From the NCBI RefSeq assembly GCF_004010195.1, contig NC_057758.1:2170029-2234028 (forward strand): 64,000 bases of DNA, given 5' to 3'. The stretch's first letter is position 1; each line of letters begins with the position of its first letter. Positions 1 through 11,479 of this stretch are shown one piece after another. A program made the translations under genes and the position numbers. The stretch comes from Chiloscyllium plagiosum (taxonomy: Eukaryota). The notes under the pieces were generated by a model. That model did no database searches and was not told where the DNA came from. It saw only the letters and a list, made by a program, of their open reading frames with translations.

Positions 1-236
1 TGAATAATTAGTGAAGCCAGATTAAGCATTTATTGAGATACTTAAAGGCTAGCGCTATTTCAGGTGTCGAGTTCACCTGGGTTATCTACGATGTCGACCG
101 GAGAGGGACATCAGTAGGTCAATAGTGCGGTATCCAATGTCTGCAGGAATTCACCATGCTCAAAAAGGACAAAAGCTTAGTTCATGTACTGGGAGGAGAG
201 AGGTTAATACTGGCTGTGAAAAGATCCTGAGACAGT
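1..236 (-). mobile_element. pol: ERV pol continuation (RT thumb/connection), degenerate
   Basis: Manual minus-strand translation LSQDLFTASINLSPPST*TKLLSFLSMVNSCRHWIPHY*...EIALAFKYLNKCL resembles retroviral RT thumb (TxxxLxSFLGMxNYCRxWIP...AFxxLKxAL); continues the RT interrupted at 1542. Confidence 0.8.
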
Positions 237-1541
237 CATCTATAGAACATAGAACTTCGAAGAATACAGCGCAGTACAGGCCCTTTGGCCCTCAATGTTG
301 CGCCGATCCAAGCCCACCTAACCTACACTAGCCCACTATCCTCCATATGCCTATCCAATGCCCGCTTAAATGCCCATAAAGAGGGAGAGTCCACCATTGC
401 TACTGGCAGGGCATTCCATGAACTCACGACTCACTGAGTAAAGAACCTACACCTAACATCTGTCCTATACCTACCACCCCTTAATTTAAAGCTATACCCC
501 CTCGTAATAGCTGACTCCATACGTGGAAAAAGATTCTCACGGTCAACCCTATCTAAACCCCGAATCATCTTGTACACCTCCCAGAGTCTTATACAACTGC
601 AAGATGACCTCAGTACTCCGGGACTCCATTCCTCTACCAATAAAAGCCAGTACGCCATATTCCTTCTTCACCGCACTATTTACCTGGGTGGCAACTTTCA
701 AAGATTTGTGTACATGGACACCAAGATCCCTCTGCTCATCCACACTACCAAATATCCGACCATTTGCCCAGTACCCCATCTTTTGGTTACTCTTACCAAA
801 GTGAATCACCTTTCTGCCCAGTTCTGCAGCTTATCTATATCCTGCTGTAACCTGCCACATCCTTCCTCACTGTCAACAACTCCTCCGACTTTCGTATCAT
901 CTGCAACCTTCTAGCCCCTCCTCCAGGTCATTTTTAAAAATGACAAACAGCAATGGTCCCAAAACAGATCCTTGCGGAACACCGCTAGTAACGGCACGCC
1001 AAGATGAACCTTTACCATCAACTAGTACCCTCTGTCTTCTTCCAGCCAGCCAACTCCTAATCCAAACCTCCAATTCACCCTCAATGCCATACCTCCGTAT
1101 TTTTTGAATTAGCCTACCATGGGGAACCTTATCAAACGCCTAACTAAAATCCATACACACCACATCTACCGCTTTCCCCTTGTCCACCTCCTTAGTCACC
1201 TTCTCAAAGGATTCAATAAGGTTTGTGAAAAACGACCCGCCCTTCACAAAACCATGCTGACGATCCTTGATCACATTATTCCTTTCCAGATGTTCATAAA
1301 TCCTATCCCTTACAATTCTCTCCAAGACTTTGCCCACAACAGAAGTGAGACTCACCGGCCTATAGTTACTAGGGTTATCCCTACTCCCCCTCTTGAACCA
1401 GGGAACCACATTTCCTCCCTTACTTCCCAGAGAATCCTAGGATAAATGCCACCAGGCCCAGGGGACTTATCTATTTTCACCCTTTCCAGAATTTCCAATA
1501 CCTCTTCCCTACATACCTCAAAGCCATTCATTCTACATAAT
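237..1541 (-). mobile_element. CR1/HER1-type LINE, 5'-truncated and internally deleted, inserted in ERV RT
   Basis: ORF fragments NYRPVSLTSVVGKVLE, QHGFVKG, AVDVVCMDFS, MHFGKSN, RDLGVHVHKSLK, VYKMIRGLDRVD; (CATAGAA)-like tail at ~240; flanked by CTGAGACAGT (227-236) / CTGAGACGGT (1542-1551). Confidence 0.93.
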
Positions 1542-2290
1542 CTGAGACGGTGCAAACGTCTGTCGGCCAAACATTGTACTGTCTTTTGGCAGTGCTGCAT
1601 CTTTTCAACGGAGGCCTTATGTGCATCCTGAGCCGGATAGCGCATCAATGAAACAGTGCCATACCTGCAGGCATCAGGTGAATCGGAGGCCACGAACAAA
1701 TCATTGGCATACCGAACCAGGGTGCTTTGACATGACACGTGGCGGTCCTTCAGGGCCTGGTGTACCATGGAGGCACATACGGTGTGTTCTCCGTGTACCC
1801 TTGGGGAAGCTCTATCCATGTATATTGATGGCCGCTGTAAGTAAAAGCATAAAAATGTACTGGCGTCGGGTGGCAATGTAATTGTGAAAAAGGCCAAGCA
1901 GAGGTCAATGGCGGAAAAAAAATAGCCAGTTACAGGAAGGTTATTCCCGATCGCATTGGTGTCTGGCACCACTGTGGAGCAGGGGAAAGCAATGCCATTG
2001 ACTACCCTCCAGTCCTTCACAAATTTCCACTGTCGAGATTTTCCAGGCTGACGAATATGGAGGATAGGAATGATTCGGGGGCTTGTGACAAGCAGCAGGA
2101 TGCTTTGCGAGAGAAGAGAAACAAAAACTAGTTTGAAGCTTCTTTGGCAGCTGGTAGGGTAGCTCCATTTTTCACGGAAACGATATGAGGCAGAGCCGGT
2201 AAAACTAGGCCTGCATCATTAGTGTGTTGTGCCCATAATGCTTTTGGCACATCGTTGAGCAAGGACGGACTTCATAGAAGGGGGACGGGC
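1542..2290 (-). mobile_element. pol: ERV reverse transcriptase, frameshifted
   Basis: LNDVPKALWAQHTNDAGL, IPILHIRQPGKSRQWKFVKDWRVVN, FSAIDLCLAFFTI, LVRYANDLFVASDS (degenerate YVDD), HKASVEKMQHCQ: class I retroviral RT motifs. Confidence 0.9.
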
Positions 2291-2429
2291 AGCCTCTGTA
2301 AGATAAAGGTTGTATCTTCGAATTAGGGGAAACCACACTCACGAAACTATCCCTATCCTAAGTGACCAACCTGCATGGATTTGGAATCCACAGGGTGCAG
2401 GGAATCAAATTCCTTTGACAGGCCGTGGA

Positions 2430-2760
2430 GTCTGTGCACCATGGGCTATAAAAACTGTGGGTGCCTCGGGCCTTTAACTATGATTAAAACACGAGGTAAT
2501 GAGGCGGGGTTACAATGGAAAAGCGGTCTTTGATTGGCAGTGAACGGAACATCCGCAGCTAATCCTTCCTTACCACCACAACACAGGCCAGTCAATGTCA
2601 GTGTAGATGGCACATTGAGATAAGGGTCTGCAATAGCGGGATAAGGGGGGCCGAGTTTGAAAGGTAAGCTGAAGTGCAGTTTAGCTTGGACAGAAAGTGA
2701 CTAGTCAGAATGATCCAGTGGAGGATAGTGGTCGTGGGAGACGGAAAGGCAAGCAAGAAA
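2430..2760 (-). pseudogene. Degenerate 2H-phosphoesterase-like domain in ERV pol between PR and RT
   Basis: LNCTS (~2668-2684; cf. HxT) then GKEGLAADVPFTANQ...SLPRVLI (~2485-2496; cf. PHVS/T)...FL*PMV. Confidence 0.5.
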
Positions 2761-2919
2761 TACAGGAGGGAAGCGGTAAGACAAGTACATACAGGGTTGC
2801 CCAGGAAGTTCCATGCGTAAAAGGAAGGAGTAGGAGAGGACAGAGTTGGAACGGTAGCCAGAGCGGCCTTCAAACGAGGTAATTACAGTCAGAGAGGTAA
2901 TTACAGTCAGAGAGTTCCA

Positions 2920-3271
2920 AGGAGAGGGTCTGTGGAGAGCAGTGACTCTGAGCTTGCAGAGAGTCTGGAGGCAGAGAAGGGCCACCAGACAGGAAGAGGA
3001 CGGTATAACAGTGTTGGGGACAGCGAATAGACTAAAAACAACAGGAAATGTGATTGGAAAGAGGTTGAACCATGCGTCCTCCAAAGACATCCACAGTGGA
3101 AAATGTGTTGGAGCTGAGAGGAAGGGTCACTGAGGGAGTTACAGATGACTGGGTGGTTCCATACTCCACCAAAATTGAAAAACACAAGCAGGTGTCTCAA
3201 CGTCCATCACGGGTTTTCAATGGGGAGGTGTATTGCGAAGGCCTGGAAAGTTTCTTCATGCAGCGCCCCTA
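2920..3271 (-). pseudogene. pro: ERV aspartic protease, in frame after a TAG-G putative gag stop
   Basis: ILVEYGTTQSSV (degenerate LVDTGA) in frame with TAG GGG at 3271-3266; later LLCLQTLCKL (cf. LLGRDLLCKL). Confidence 0.7.
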
Positions 3272-4720
3272 AACATTAAGTGAGATAACGGGTTGTGGAG
3301 TGTGAATGCAGACTTTTGAGGATGCTGTAACGTGGAACTTGGTGTTATTGCTGCGACCCGTGTTGAGGGGACGGGACCAGCATTCTCAGGCCTGTGGCAT
3401 AATTTCTCACATGCTCTGCATCTGTCTCTGTCTTAATCACTATCTTGGTATGTCTGTCCCGGGCTTTGACAAATGATTCCATGTCTGTGTTAATCGGGGG
3501 CATGCCTCTCTTGCCTCTATTCATCTGTCAACCCACATTGGTAAGGGCAGTGAGACGAGGATCCCATTGCATTTGCCGCCAGTTGAGATTATAGAATTTG
3601 GTGGTCTGGACGTGGCGGGGTTACGTACAATTTGCAAGGGTCTGTACAGCAAAACTATTATTCTCAGAGACAAAAAAGTGCGGGCAGTCTACTCCTAATC
3701 ATCTGAAACGCAGGCACAGAAATCGAGTAAAGGCTCATTAGACTGCTGTAGACAGCGTGTAACTTCCGCAAAGTCCATCTGTTGTTGTGCTGCTGCCGTA
3801 CTGGCAGGCATCACGGCAGCCACAAGCCAATTTGCTCATGCATCTCGATCAGTCAAAGGTACCTGTGGAATGCACGGGAGTCTTTTATAACTGCGCAATG
3901 GGTCCTGTACACGATATGCATATCAGTATGGACGTCCTGTGGCAAGCAATTGCAAATACTGTAGATTTGTTTTCGGCAATTGTTAAACGGTGTCACACTC
4001 TTGAGTGGATCAGGGCGTGTTGGAGCATGTTGTAATCCTCAGCATGAGTCCAAGGCTTGTCGAGTGGCGTGTTGCCAACCAATAGTCGGGGAAGTTGATG
4101 TTGATGACCATGGCCCCCAGATCGGTGATTGTAAGGCGCCGATGTGGATTCGGCACCCGGCTGTTGTTGCTCAGTGGAGCCACCGCTCGAGGCTTTCCAA
4201 AGTTGTGGTTTTGCCACAAGGCCTCAGCTCACCGTGTCTTGTTGCTTGTTAGTAGAAAGTGGCGAGGATGAGTGGCGCCAAAGGCAGCGATTTCATCCGT
4301 AAGAGGGTATGGGTCTGAGGAAGGGCGAGAAGCTTTATGGTAATGAAAGGTATAAGGTGGACAGAACAGAACCTGGAGACGCCCCAGATGAAAAGCTGTT
4401 GGGCGGCTGACGGCAATCTTTATATTTAGGCGGCTGATGGTCTTTTGCAACTTCTTTAAATGTATCTAAACAATGCAACATGTAATCAGTTTCCCAATAG
4501 GGGTCGCTGTACTTAACCACAATGTTTATCTCCAGGAATCAATCTCTTCCAATTTAAAAGAGCCTCCATAAGACCAGTTTCTGTTGGATCACCAGTGCAG
4601 GTTGGAAGTGAAAGGAAAAACTTAGCTATTGTCTCCTGTCATATCGGCGGATGACCATAGCAGCACCAGGGGGGTTACTACCTCTTTTTTGCATCGAACA
4701 TATTATCATGGCGCTTCAGT
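3269..4720 (-). pseudogene. gag: ERV gag relic
   Basis: LPRLLVGNTPLDKPWTHAE (capsid start), MDFAEVTRCLQQSNEPLLDFCA (major-homology-region-like), CRACEKLCHR (degenerate zinc knuckle); many stops and frameshifts. Confidence 0.7.
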
Positions 4721-4984
4721 GTCTTTTCCGAGGGGACAAATGGGCAGGGGTGGTCATTCTCAGAGGGACATGGTTTGCTGGAGCTTATATTTAGAAGTCA
4801 TTTACCCCATCATCACTTCCCCAGTTCTAAAGCAAGAATATAGGATCTGTGAAGAAATGAACAAGAGAAAACACAAAGACAAGCCGCACTAGCTACATTG
4901 TCATTCCCTTAATGTCGCCTTAAAATATAAAACGTTTTCCTCCTCTCTCTACAAGAATCTCAGTGAGTCTCTCTCTCACTGCAA

Positions 4985-5190
4985 CCCGCAGGTCATCTCC
5001 CCTTCAACCATGTCTTGAAACAGACTCCCTCACCTATTATACTCCATGCTACTTTCTCCTCATCCCCACCCCCTCTCATTTATCTCTCCACTCTGCAGAC
5101 ACCCTGCCTCTATTCCTGATGAAGGGCTTTTGCCTGAAACGTCGATTTTCCTGCAGCCTGACGTGCTGTGCTTTTCCAGCACCACTTTAA
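4985..5190 (+). mobile_element. Penelope-like element 3' terminal fragment with hammerhead motif
   Basis: CTGATGA-AGGGCTTTTGCCT-GAAAC-GTC at 5116-5143, followed by the tail shared with the PLEs at 11370 and 54575. Confidence 0.8.
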
Positions 5191-5235
5191 ACTAGACCCT
5201 TAAAATTATACCAAACCGATGGCAGCAGTCCTTCC

Positions 5236-5253
5236 AATCCCGTCTTGTCGCAA
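5236..5253 (-). promoter_or_regulatory. Possible ERV primer-binding site (tRNA-Ser-like), with putative 5' LTR remnant to its right
   Basis: Minus strand TTGCGACAAGACGGGATT vs TGGCGACGAGGATGGGATT (complement of tRNA-Ser(GCT) 3' end, from memory); 3 mismatches + 1 gap; lies upstream of gag. Confidence 0.3.
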
Positions 5254-5534
5254 CGTATCTCCCTAAATAGGGATCAGACTACCGATTCAGGTTAGGATAA
5301 TGCATGCATTTCTTAAAATCAAAAAAACTTCAGGTTCACTGTATATTAATGAGCTATCCTTTCTCAGACCTTGAGTCCATGCACACGACATTTGCAAGCT
5401 GATTAGCAGGCATCTAACGATCAAGAGTTTTGTGATAAATGCATAATTTCTCATAGCTAAGGCCACTCACAACAACAGTCCTAGCCAAGGGGAAAGCAGC
5501 ACCCTTTTGTCTGCAGCATGGCTGCAGACAAAAG

Positions 5535-5700
5535 AAAAACTACAGATGCTGGAGTCCAAAGCAGAGTAGCAGTTGACTTTTCTGGTATAACCCTTCTTCA
5601 GTCCTGAAGAGGGGTTACACCCAGAACATCGACTTCTACACCGCTTGATACTGACTGGCTTCGTGTTTTCATCCAGCTTCCTGCCCGACTACTTTGAGAA
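5535..5700. repeat. Short palindromic PLE-terminal-repeat-derived element
   Basis: GTTGACTTTTCTGGTATAACCCTTCTTCAG-TC-CTGAAGAGGGGTTACACCCAGAACATCGAC: head-to-head inverted arms with degenerate hammerhead cores. Confidence 0.6.
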
Positions 5701-5739
5701 ATTGCTGCAAAGAGGCAGGCCAGCAAAAAAAAACTTCTA

Positions 5740-6133
5740 CACCCAACCGAAATAATGACTTTTACATTTATTTCGGTCAGCCTCTACCACTTCACCTGGC
5801 TGTTGATTCCATACCTGCACCACACATTGTGTAAACAAGTTGCCACTTTGCTCCCGTTTAAATCTTTCCCTATGCCCTCGAGTTTGGGCCTCACCCACCT
5901 TGGGGAAAAGACCTTGTGTGTTTACCCTATTCATGCCCCTCATTTTTTCAAACACTGTTATATGTTCTCGGCCTCCCATGTTCCTGGGAAAACAGCCCCA
6001 TCTTCTCCCAAAAGCTCAAATCCTCCATCCCTGACATTTCTGGTAATCTTTTCTGAACACTTTCAATTTCCACAGCATCGTTCTAATGGCAGGGAGATCA
6101 GAATTGCAGATAGTATTCCAATAGTGGTCAAAT
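5740..6133 (-). mobile_element. CR1 LINE 3' fragment
   Basis: KMRGMNRVNTQGLFPKVGEAQTRGHR, FTQCVVQVWN. Confidence 0.85.
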
Positions 6134-6731
6134 TGTCACAAAACTGGTCTCTTTTTTCTAACACATGTACTTTTTCTCAAGGATACGGCGCCCCCAATTT
6201 ATTTTCATAGCGTTCATAAATCTCTTCGTCTCCGAGATGACTAGTTTAGGATATAGATGACAAAACAGTGTGAGAGACCTTTTGTTTACATGTAAACAGA
6301 TGAGACTTCACATCAAAGTGGTCAGACTTTAGAAGTGTGGCTGAGCAGTCCGCTCCAGAACTAGTTAGGAGTTCAGCTGTGTGGAAACAGGCTTCGAAAC
6401 TTACTTCTAACTTCAACCCGGAAGCATTTGTTCCATTTTTATTTTTTTTTTAGAAGTGTTTGCTTTTTGGGAATATTATGTATATTCGGGACAGCATAAA
6501 TAAATCTAGTTTGGAGAGACCGAGTTCTGTGGAGGGTTCTTTATTCTGATATTTATGTTTCATTGTGTAATTTTGTGAACACATTTCTGTCTGTTTTTGA
6601 AAACCTGGTAGTTAACCGAGCTAACTTACTCCCCGTACTTGTCACTGCACACTTACCGAAACAAATTGCAAAGTTATAGTCTGGGACGCCTGTTTAAGAA
6701 TGTTTTAAATTGACTGGTCTCGTCCATAACA
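6134..6731 (+). repeat. 5' LTR of Gmr1-type Gypsy element
   Basis: Starts TGTCACA, ends CATAACA; followed by PBS; aligns by eye to the reverse complement of 15992-16605. Confidence 0.85.
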
Positions 6732-6734
6732 GAT

Positions 6735-6752
6735 TGGGGGCTCTTTCGGGAT
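6735..6752 (+). promoter_or_regulatory. Primer-binding site, tRNA-Pro
   Basis: TGGGGGCTCTTTCGGGAT vs canonical TGGGGGCTCGTCCGGGAT, 3 nt after the LTR. Confidence 0.85.
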
Positions 6753-6830
6753 TTTAAACAGCGAGTGATAGGTACTAGTGTATTTATTTTGGGTGTTTAT
6801 TTAGTTGGGTAGACAAATCATGAGATAGAA

Positions 6831-8310
6831 ATGGCTCTTCTAGTCGCCAAAACTCTTATGGAAGTGAATGGGGTGACTTTGGAGATTTTTCAAAAAGGTG
6901 AATAAGATCAAACCTCAGGATTTAAAAAACCAACTCGGACTGGACCTGCCTGCTTCTACAAGGAAAGGAGAGATAATTATCGTGGTAGTTCAGCATTTAA
7001 ACTTTCTGGAGAAACCATCAGAATATATAGAGACGGCAAGGATTCAAAAGCAAATAAAGCAGCTTGAGTTAGTTTCGAGAGAAAAAGAAAGGACTGCAGA
7101 AATGAAAGTTGAAGTTACGATTAGAAATGGAAGACAGGGAAAAGAAAGAGTGTTTCAACCTCAGAAACTGATACTTAAAAAGAAACTCAGCTTAATAGGC
7201 TGGGGATAAAGGCTGAAGATAACCTTTACGAGGAAGTTGTGCGAACTCATGTGGAAGAGTAGAGAGTTAAAATGGTAAGGCTAGCGGCAAAGATGGCTGA
7301 CGATTATGAGTTGGTCCATAAAACAGATCTTGCCTTCCAGAAGTAATTTCTGTTAATGAAGGATAGAAATTTGGGCAAAACGCAATCCTCATATGGAGAG
7401 GGAATGGTAGATCTTACCTTTGGCTAAACAAGAAATCATTTAATGTGACAAAGAAGTCGGAATGCTCCTGTCCTTTCATTGTAATAAAGTGTGCCACGCT
7501 AGTTCACATTGTTTTCAGGTTAGGAGAAAGCCAAATGTAGGAAAACCAGCCCATTCTGGGAGTCATGTTGGACTACTTTTAAAAAAAGCACAAAAGAAGT
7601 TAGACAACTGCGTCAGAATGTAAAAGATGATCAGAGTTTGATTAAGGAGGATGTCCAAATCTGCTGAAAAATGTACATGCAAAGGCAAATTTTATTCACA
7701 TAGGCCAGTTAAAGGTAAAGAACTCACAATATTAAGGGACACAATATCGTCTCACTCTTCAAAGCTGAACAATGATGAGCTATGTACTCCTGAGGGAAAA
7801 GGTACTGGTAAAAGGAATTCTGGTGAGACAAAAAGCGCTCAGTTATGTAAGGTTAGTGAGGAGAGTCCAGAGAACAGTGGAGAATTTGTCGTGGGAGTGC
7901 TGTACAAACTCTCCGCTCCAGGAACATTATTTGACCTTGTAAATGATATGTCTGATTCACCAGTAGGCCCACTTCCTGCTCTAGTTGAAAAACCAATGGA
8001 GACACAGGCAATTCAAAAAATGAAGCCTGTTTATTCAAGAAGTTTCCCCGACTGTGTGACCACAAGATTGCAGAGACACAAGCTGAAGCAGGAGAGATCC
8101 AAAACACAGATAAGGAAGCTGGCATAGTTTTATCAGGGACAGTTTCTGATCCGGTACGTGGGACATAACAGGAGCAATTAGGTAAACTTACAAATATCTT
8201 TACCCCTGCTAATCTGATTGATTTACAGCAGAAAGATGAGAATTTAAAACAATTATATCAAAAGGCATATACAGAGAAAGAGAGTGAATGCATCCCTGTG
8301 TGTTATTCCT
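6831..8310 (+). mobile_element. Gmr1-type Gypsy gag/protease relic, truncated before the integrase core
   Basis: ATG at 6831; coiled-coil gag, FHCNKVCHASSHC knuckle (~7475-7515), ILRDTISS protease-like motif, LQQKDENLKQLYQKA pre-integrase segment. Confidence 0.8.
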
Positions 8311-9335
8311 TTTTTGGTAAATATATTTATTCGCAAAAATCTTTTTCTGACTTTGCAAAAACATAAAGTTATTGATAATATAACAAATAACGGTATAAAA
8401 TAACGCAAATTACAATACAACTACTGTCTACTGACGACTAAGCTACCCAATAATACAATAAAGCACTGTGCAAAATAACTGAGTGACTCGTAAAACAAAA
8501 AGAAAAAAACAGCAAAAGAATACACACGATCCCAAAATAACAATGTTTCGTGCAAATCAACTCCAATAAAATGAGAATGTTGCATATATACACGTATTAA
8601 CTCAGGAAACCCCCTGTACAAACCTAGCCATCCTGGTTAAACGAACATCACAGTTAAGAAAGCAAACAGATCTGTGTCCAAATAACTCAAAAAGGGTTGT
8701 CATGTCTGAAAAATGTCTGGTGTGTGTTGCACCATATTTGTGAAGAAATCCAAGGGAATATGCTCCATAAGTAATTCCGCCATCCCAACAACATCAGTAT
8801 ATTCTTCCATGCACATTAAGTAAGAATATTATATAGTTTCCTCCCATGTCTGTCTAATGATTATAAATTCGGTAGACCTAAGAAGAGATATATTGAGTCT
8901 ACTTTAACTTCGATTCTCAATTTCCTCCTGATCACTCTCACCACAGTTTTCCAATAAACACGGAGTTTGTGGCATGTCCTGTACCAATGGGTAAGAGTAT
9001 CTGCACGCTTTCACATTTGGGGTACATTGGAAGTGCCCCTTTTTAAAACTTCACCACGTGGTACAGTGTCAAATAAACCGTGAGCACAATTTGTAACTAC
9101 ATAGTACATGTCATATTACAAATGCAGATCTTTTGTAGGTTCTCCAATACGATATCCCATGTTTTAGAAAAGATCATAACTTTTAGCTCTTGCTTCCTAA
9201 CCTCACATAACGGTTTTATATCCTGCCAGGCCCTTACACCCAACAGGTGACAGAGGGCAGTAAGCAAAAGGCTGCTTGTGGCACGTAGCAACAACCTCTC
9301 TGTGTCGGACTTTTTGGGCTTAGTGAGAAGCGTAG
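8310..9335 (-). mobile_element. L1/Tx1-like LINE ORF2 C-terminus and 3' UTR
   Basis: Minus-strand PKCE..DTLTHWYRTCHKLRVYW (CCHC-like), LGLPNL, EHIPLDFFTNMV, TWQPFLSYL; T-run and AT-rich UTR at the left end. Confidence 0.8.
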
Positions 9336-9366
9336 TTTTGATTAGATTCGATTAGATTACTTACAG

Positions 9367-11461
9367 CTGAAAAATGTGTTGCTGGAAAAGTGCAGCAGGT
9401 CAGGCAGCATCCAAGGAGCAGGATAATCGACGTTTTTGGCATAAGCCCTTCTTCAGGAATGAAGAAGGTGTGCCAAGCAGGCTAAGATAAAAGGTAGGGA
9501 CTGCTACTGCCCCCTTGACCATGATCCCACCTCCCACCACCAAACCATCATCGCCCAAAGCATCCATAACCTCATCACTTCTGGGGACCTCCCATCCACC
9601 GCCTCCAACCTCATAGTCCCACAACCCCGCACCGCCCGTTTCTACCTCCTTCCCAAAATCCACAAACCTGTCTGCCCTGGCCAACCCATTGTCTCAGCCA
9701 GCTCCTACCCCACTGAACTCATCTCTGCATACCTCGACACGGTCCATTCCCCCTTAGTTCAAGAACTCTCGACCTACATTCGGGACACCACCCACGCCCT
9801 CCACCACCTCCATGATTTTCGCTTCCCGGCTCCCAACGCCTTATCTTCACCATGGACATCCAGTCCCTATACACCTCCATCCCCCATCACGAAGGCCTCA
9901 AAGCCCTCTGCTTCTTCCTTTCCCGCCGACCCAACCAGGACCCTTCCACTGGCACCCTCCTTCGACTGACTGAACTCGTCCTCACTCTGAACAAATTCTC
10001 TTTCCAATCCTCCCACTTCCTCCAAACCAAAGGAGTAGCCATGTGCCTCTTCGTCGGATATGTGGAACAGTCCATCTTCCGCAGCTACTCTGGCACCAAC
10101 CCCACCTTTTCCTCCGCTACATCGATGACTGCATCGGCCCACCTCGTGCTCCCACGAGGAGGTTGAACAGTTCAGCCACTTTACTAACACTTTCCACCCC
10201 GCCCTCAAATTTACCTGGACCGTGTCAGACTCCTCCCTCCCCTTCCTAGACCTCTCCATTTCTATCTCGGACGATCGACTCAACATGGACATTTACTATG
10301 AACCGACCGACTCCCACACCAACCTAGATTGCACCTCGTCCCACTCTGCCCCCTGTAAAGAAGCCATCCAATATTCCTAATTCCTTCGCCTCCGCTGCAT
10401 CTGCTCCCAGGAGGATCTATTCCAATACCGGACAACCCATTTGGCCTCCTTCTTCAAAGACCGTAATTTCCTGTCAGACGTGGATGACGATGCTCTCCAC
10501 CGCATCTCCTCCACTTCCCGCTACTCGGCCCTTGAACCCCGCCCCTCCAATCGCCACCAGGACAGAACCCCACTGGTCCTCACCTACCCACCACACCAGC
10601 CTCAAGATACATCGTATCATCCTTCATCATTTCCGCTAAATCCAAACAGATCCCGCCACCAAAGATATATTTCTCTCCCCTCTCCTATCAGCGCTCCGGA
10701 AAGGCCACTCCCTCCGCGACTCCGTCGTCAGGTCAATACACCCCACCAACCCAACCTCCACTCCCGGCATCTTCCCCTGCAACCGCAAGAAATGCAAAAC
10801 TTGCGACCACACATCCTCCCAAGGCCCCAAGGGATCCTTCCATATCCGTCACAAATAGACCTGCACCTCCACACACATCATTTACTGCACCCGATATGGC
10901 CTCCTCTATATTGGGGAAACAGGCTGCCGACTTGCGGAACGTTTCAGAGAACACCTCTGGGACACTCGGACCAACCAACCCAACCACCCGTGTCTCAACA
11001 CTTCAACTTCCCCTCCAACTCCACCAAGAACATGCAGGTCCTTGGACTCCTCCATCGCCAGACCATGCCAACACGACGCCTGGAGGAAGAGCACCTCATC
11101 TTCCACCTAGGAACACTCTAACCACAAGGGATGAATGCAGGTTTCTCCAGCTTGCTCATTTCCCCTCCCCCCACCTTAACTCAGTCCCAACCCTCGGACT
11201 CAGCACCACCTTCTTGACCTGCAATCATCTTCCCGACCTCTCCGCCCCCATCCCCTCTCTGGCCTATCACCCTCACCTTAACCTCCTTCCACCTATCGCA
11301 TTCCCAACGCCCCTCTCCCAAATCCTTCCTCCCTACCTTTTATCTTAGCCTGTTTGGCACATCTTCCTCATTCCTGAAGAAGGGCTTATGCACGAATCGT
11401 CGATTCTCCTACTCCTTGGATGCTGCCTGACCTGTTGCGCTTTTCCAGCAACACATTTTCA
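9367..11461 (+). mobile_element. Penelope-like element (RT + GIY-YIG) with inverted terminal repeat
   Basis: FYLLPKIHK, MDIQSLYTSIPH, QTKGVAM, FLRYIDD, LYIGETG..L.ERFREH; 9367-9500 is the reverse complement of 11331-11461. Confidence 0.92.
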
Positions 11462-11479
11462 CCTCTTGGTTTTAGACCG

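Noticed and set aside
20..45. AATAAA on the minus strand suggesting an LTR
   Set aside because: The region translates as RT thumb, so it is coding relic, not LTR
6186..6200. TGGGGGCGCCGT on the minus strand resembling a tRNA-Pro PBS for the ERV
   Set aside because: Lies inside the Gypsy LTR (6134-6731) and the match decays after ~8 nt
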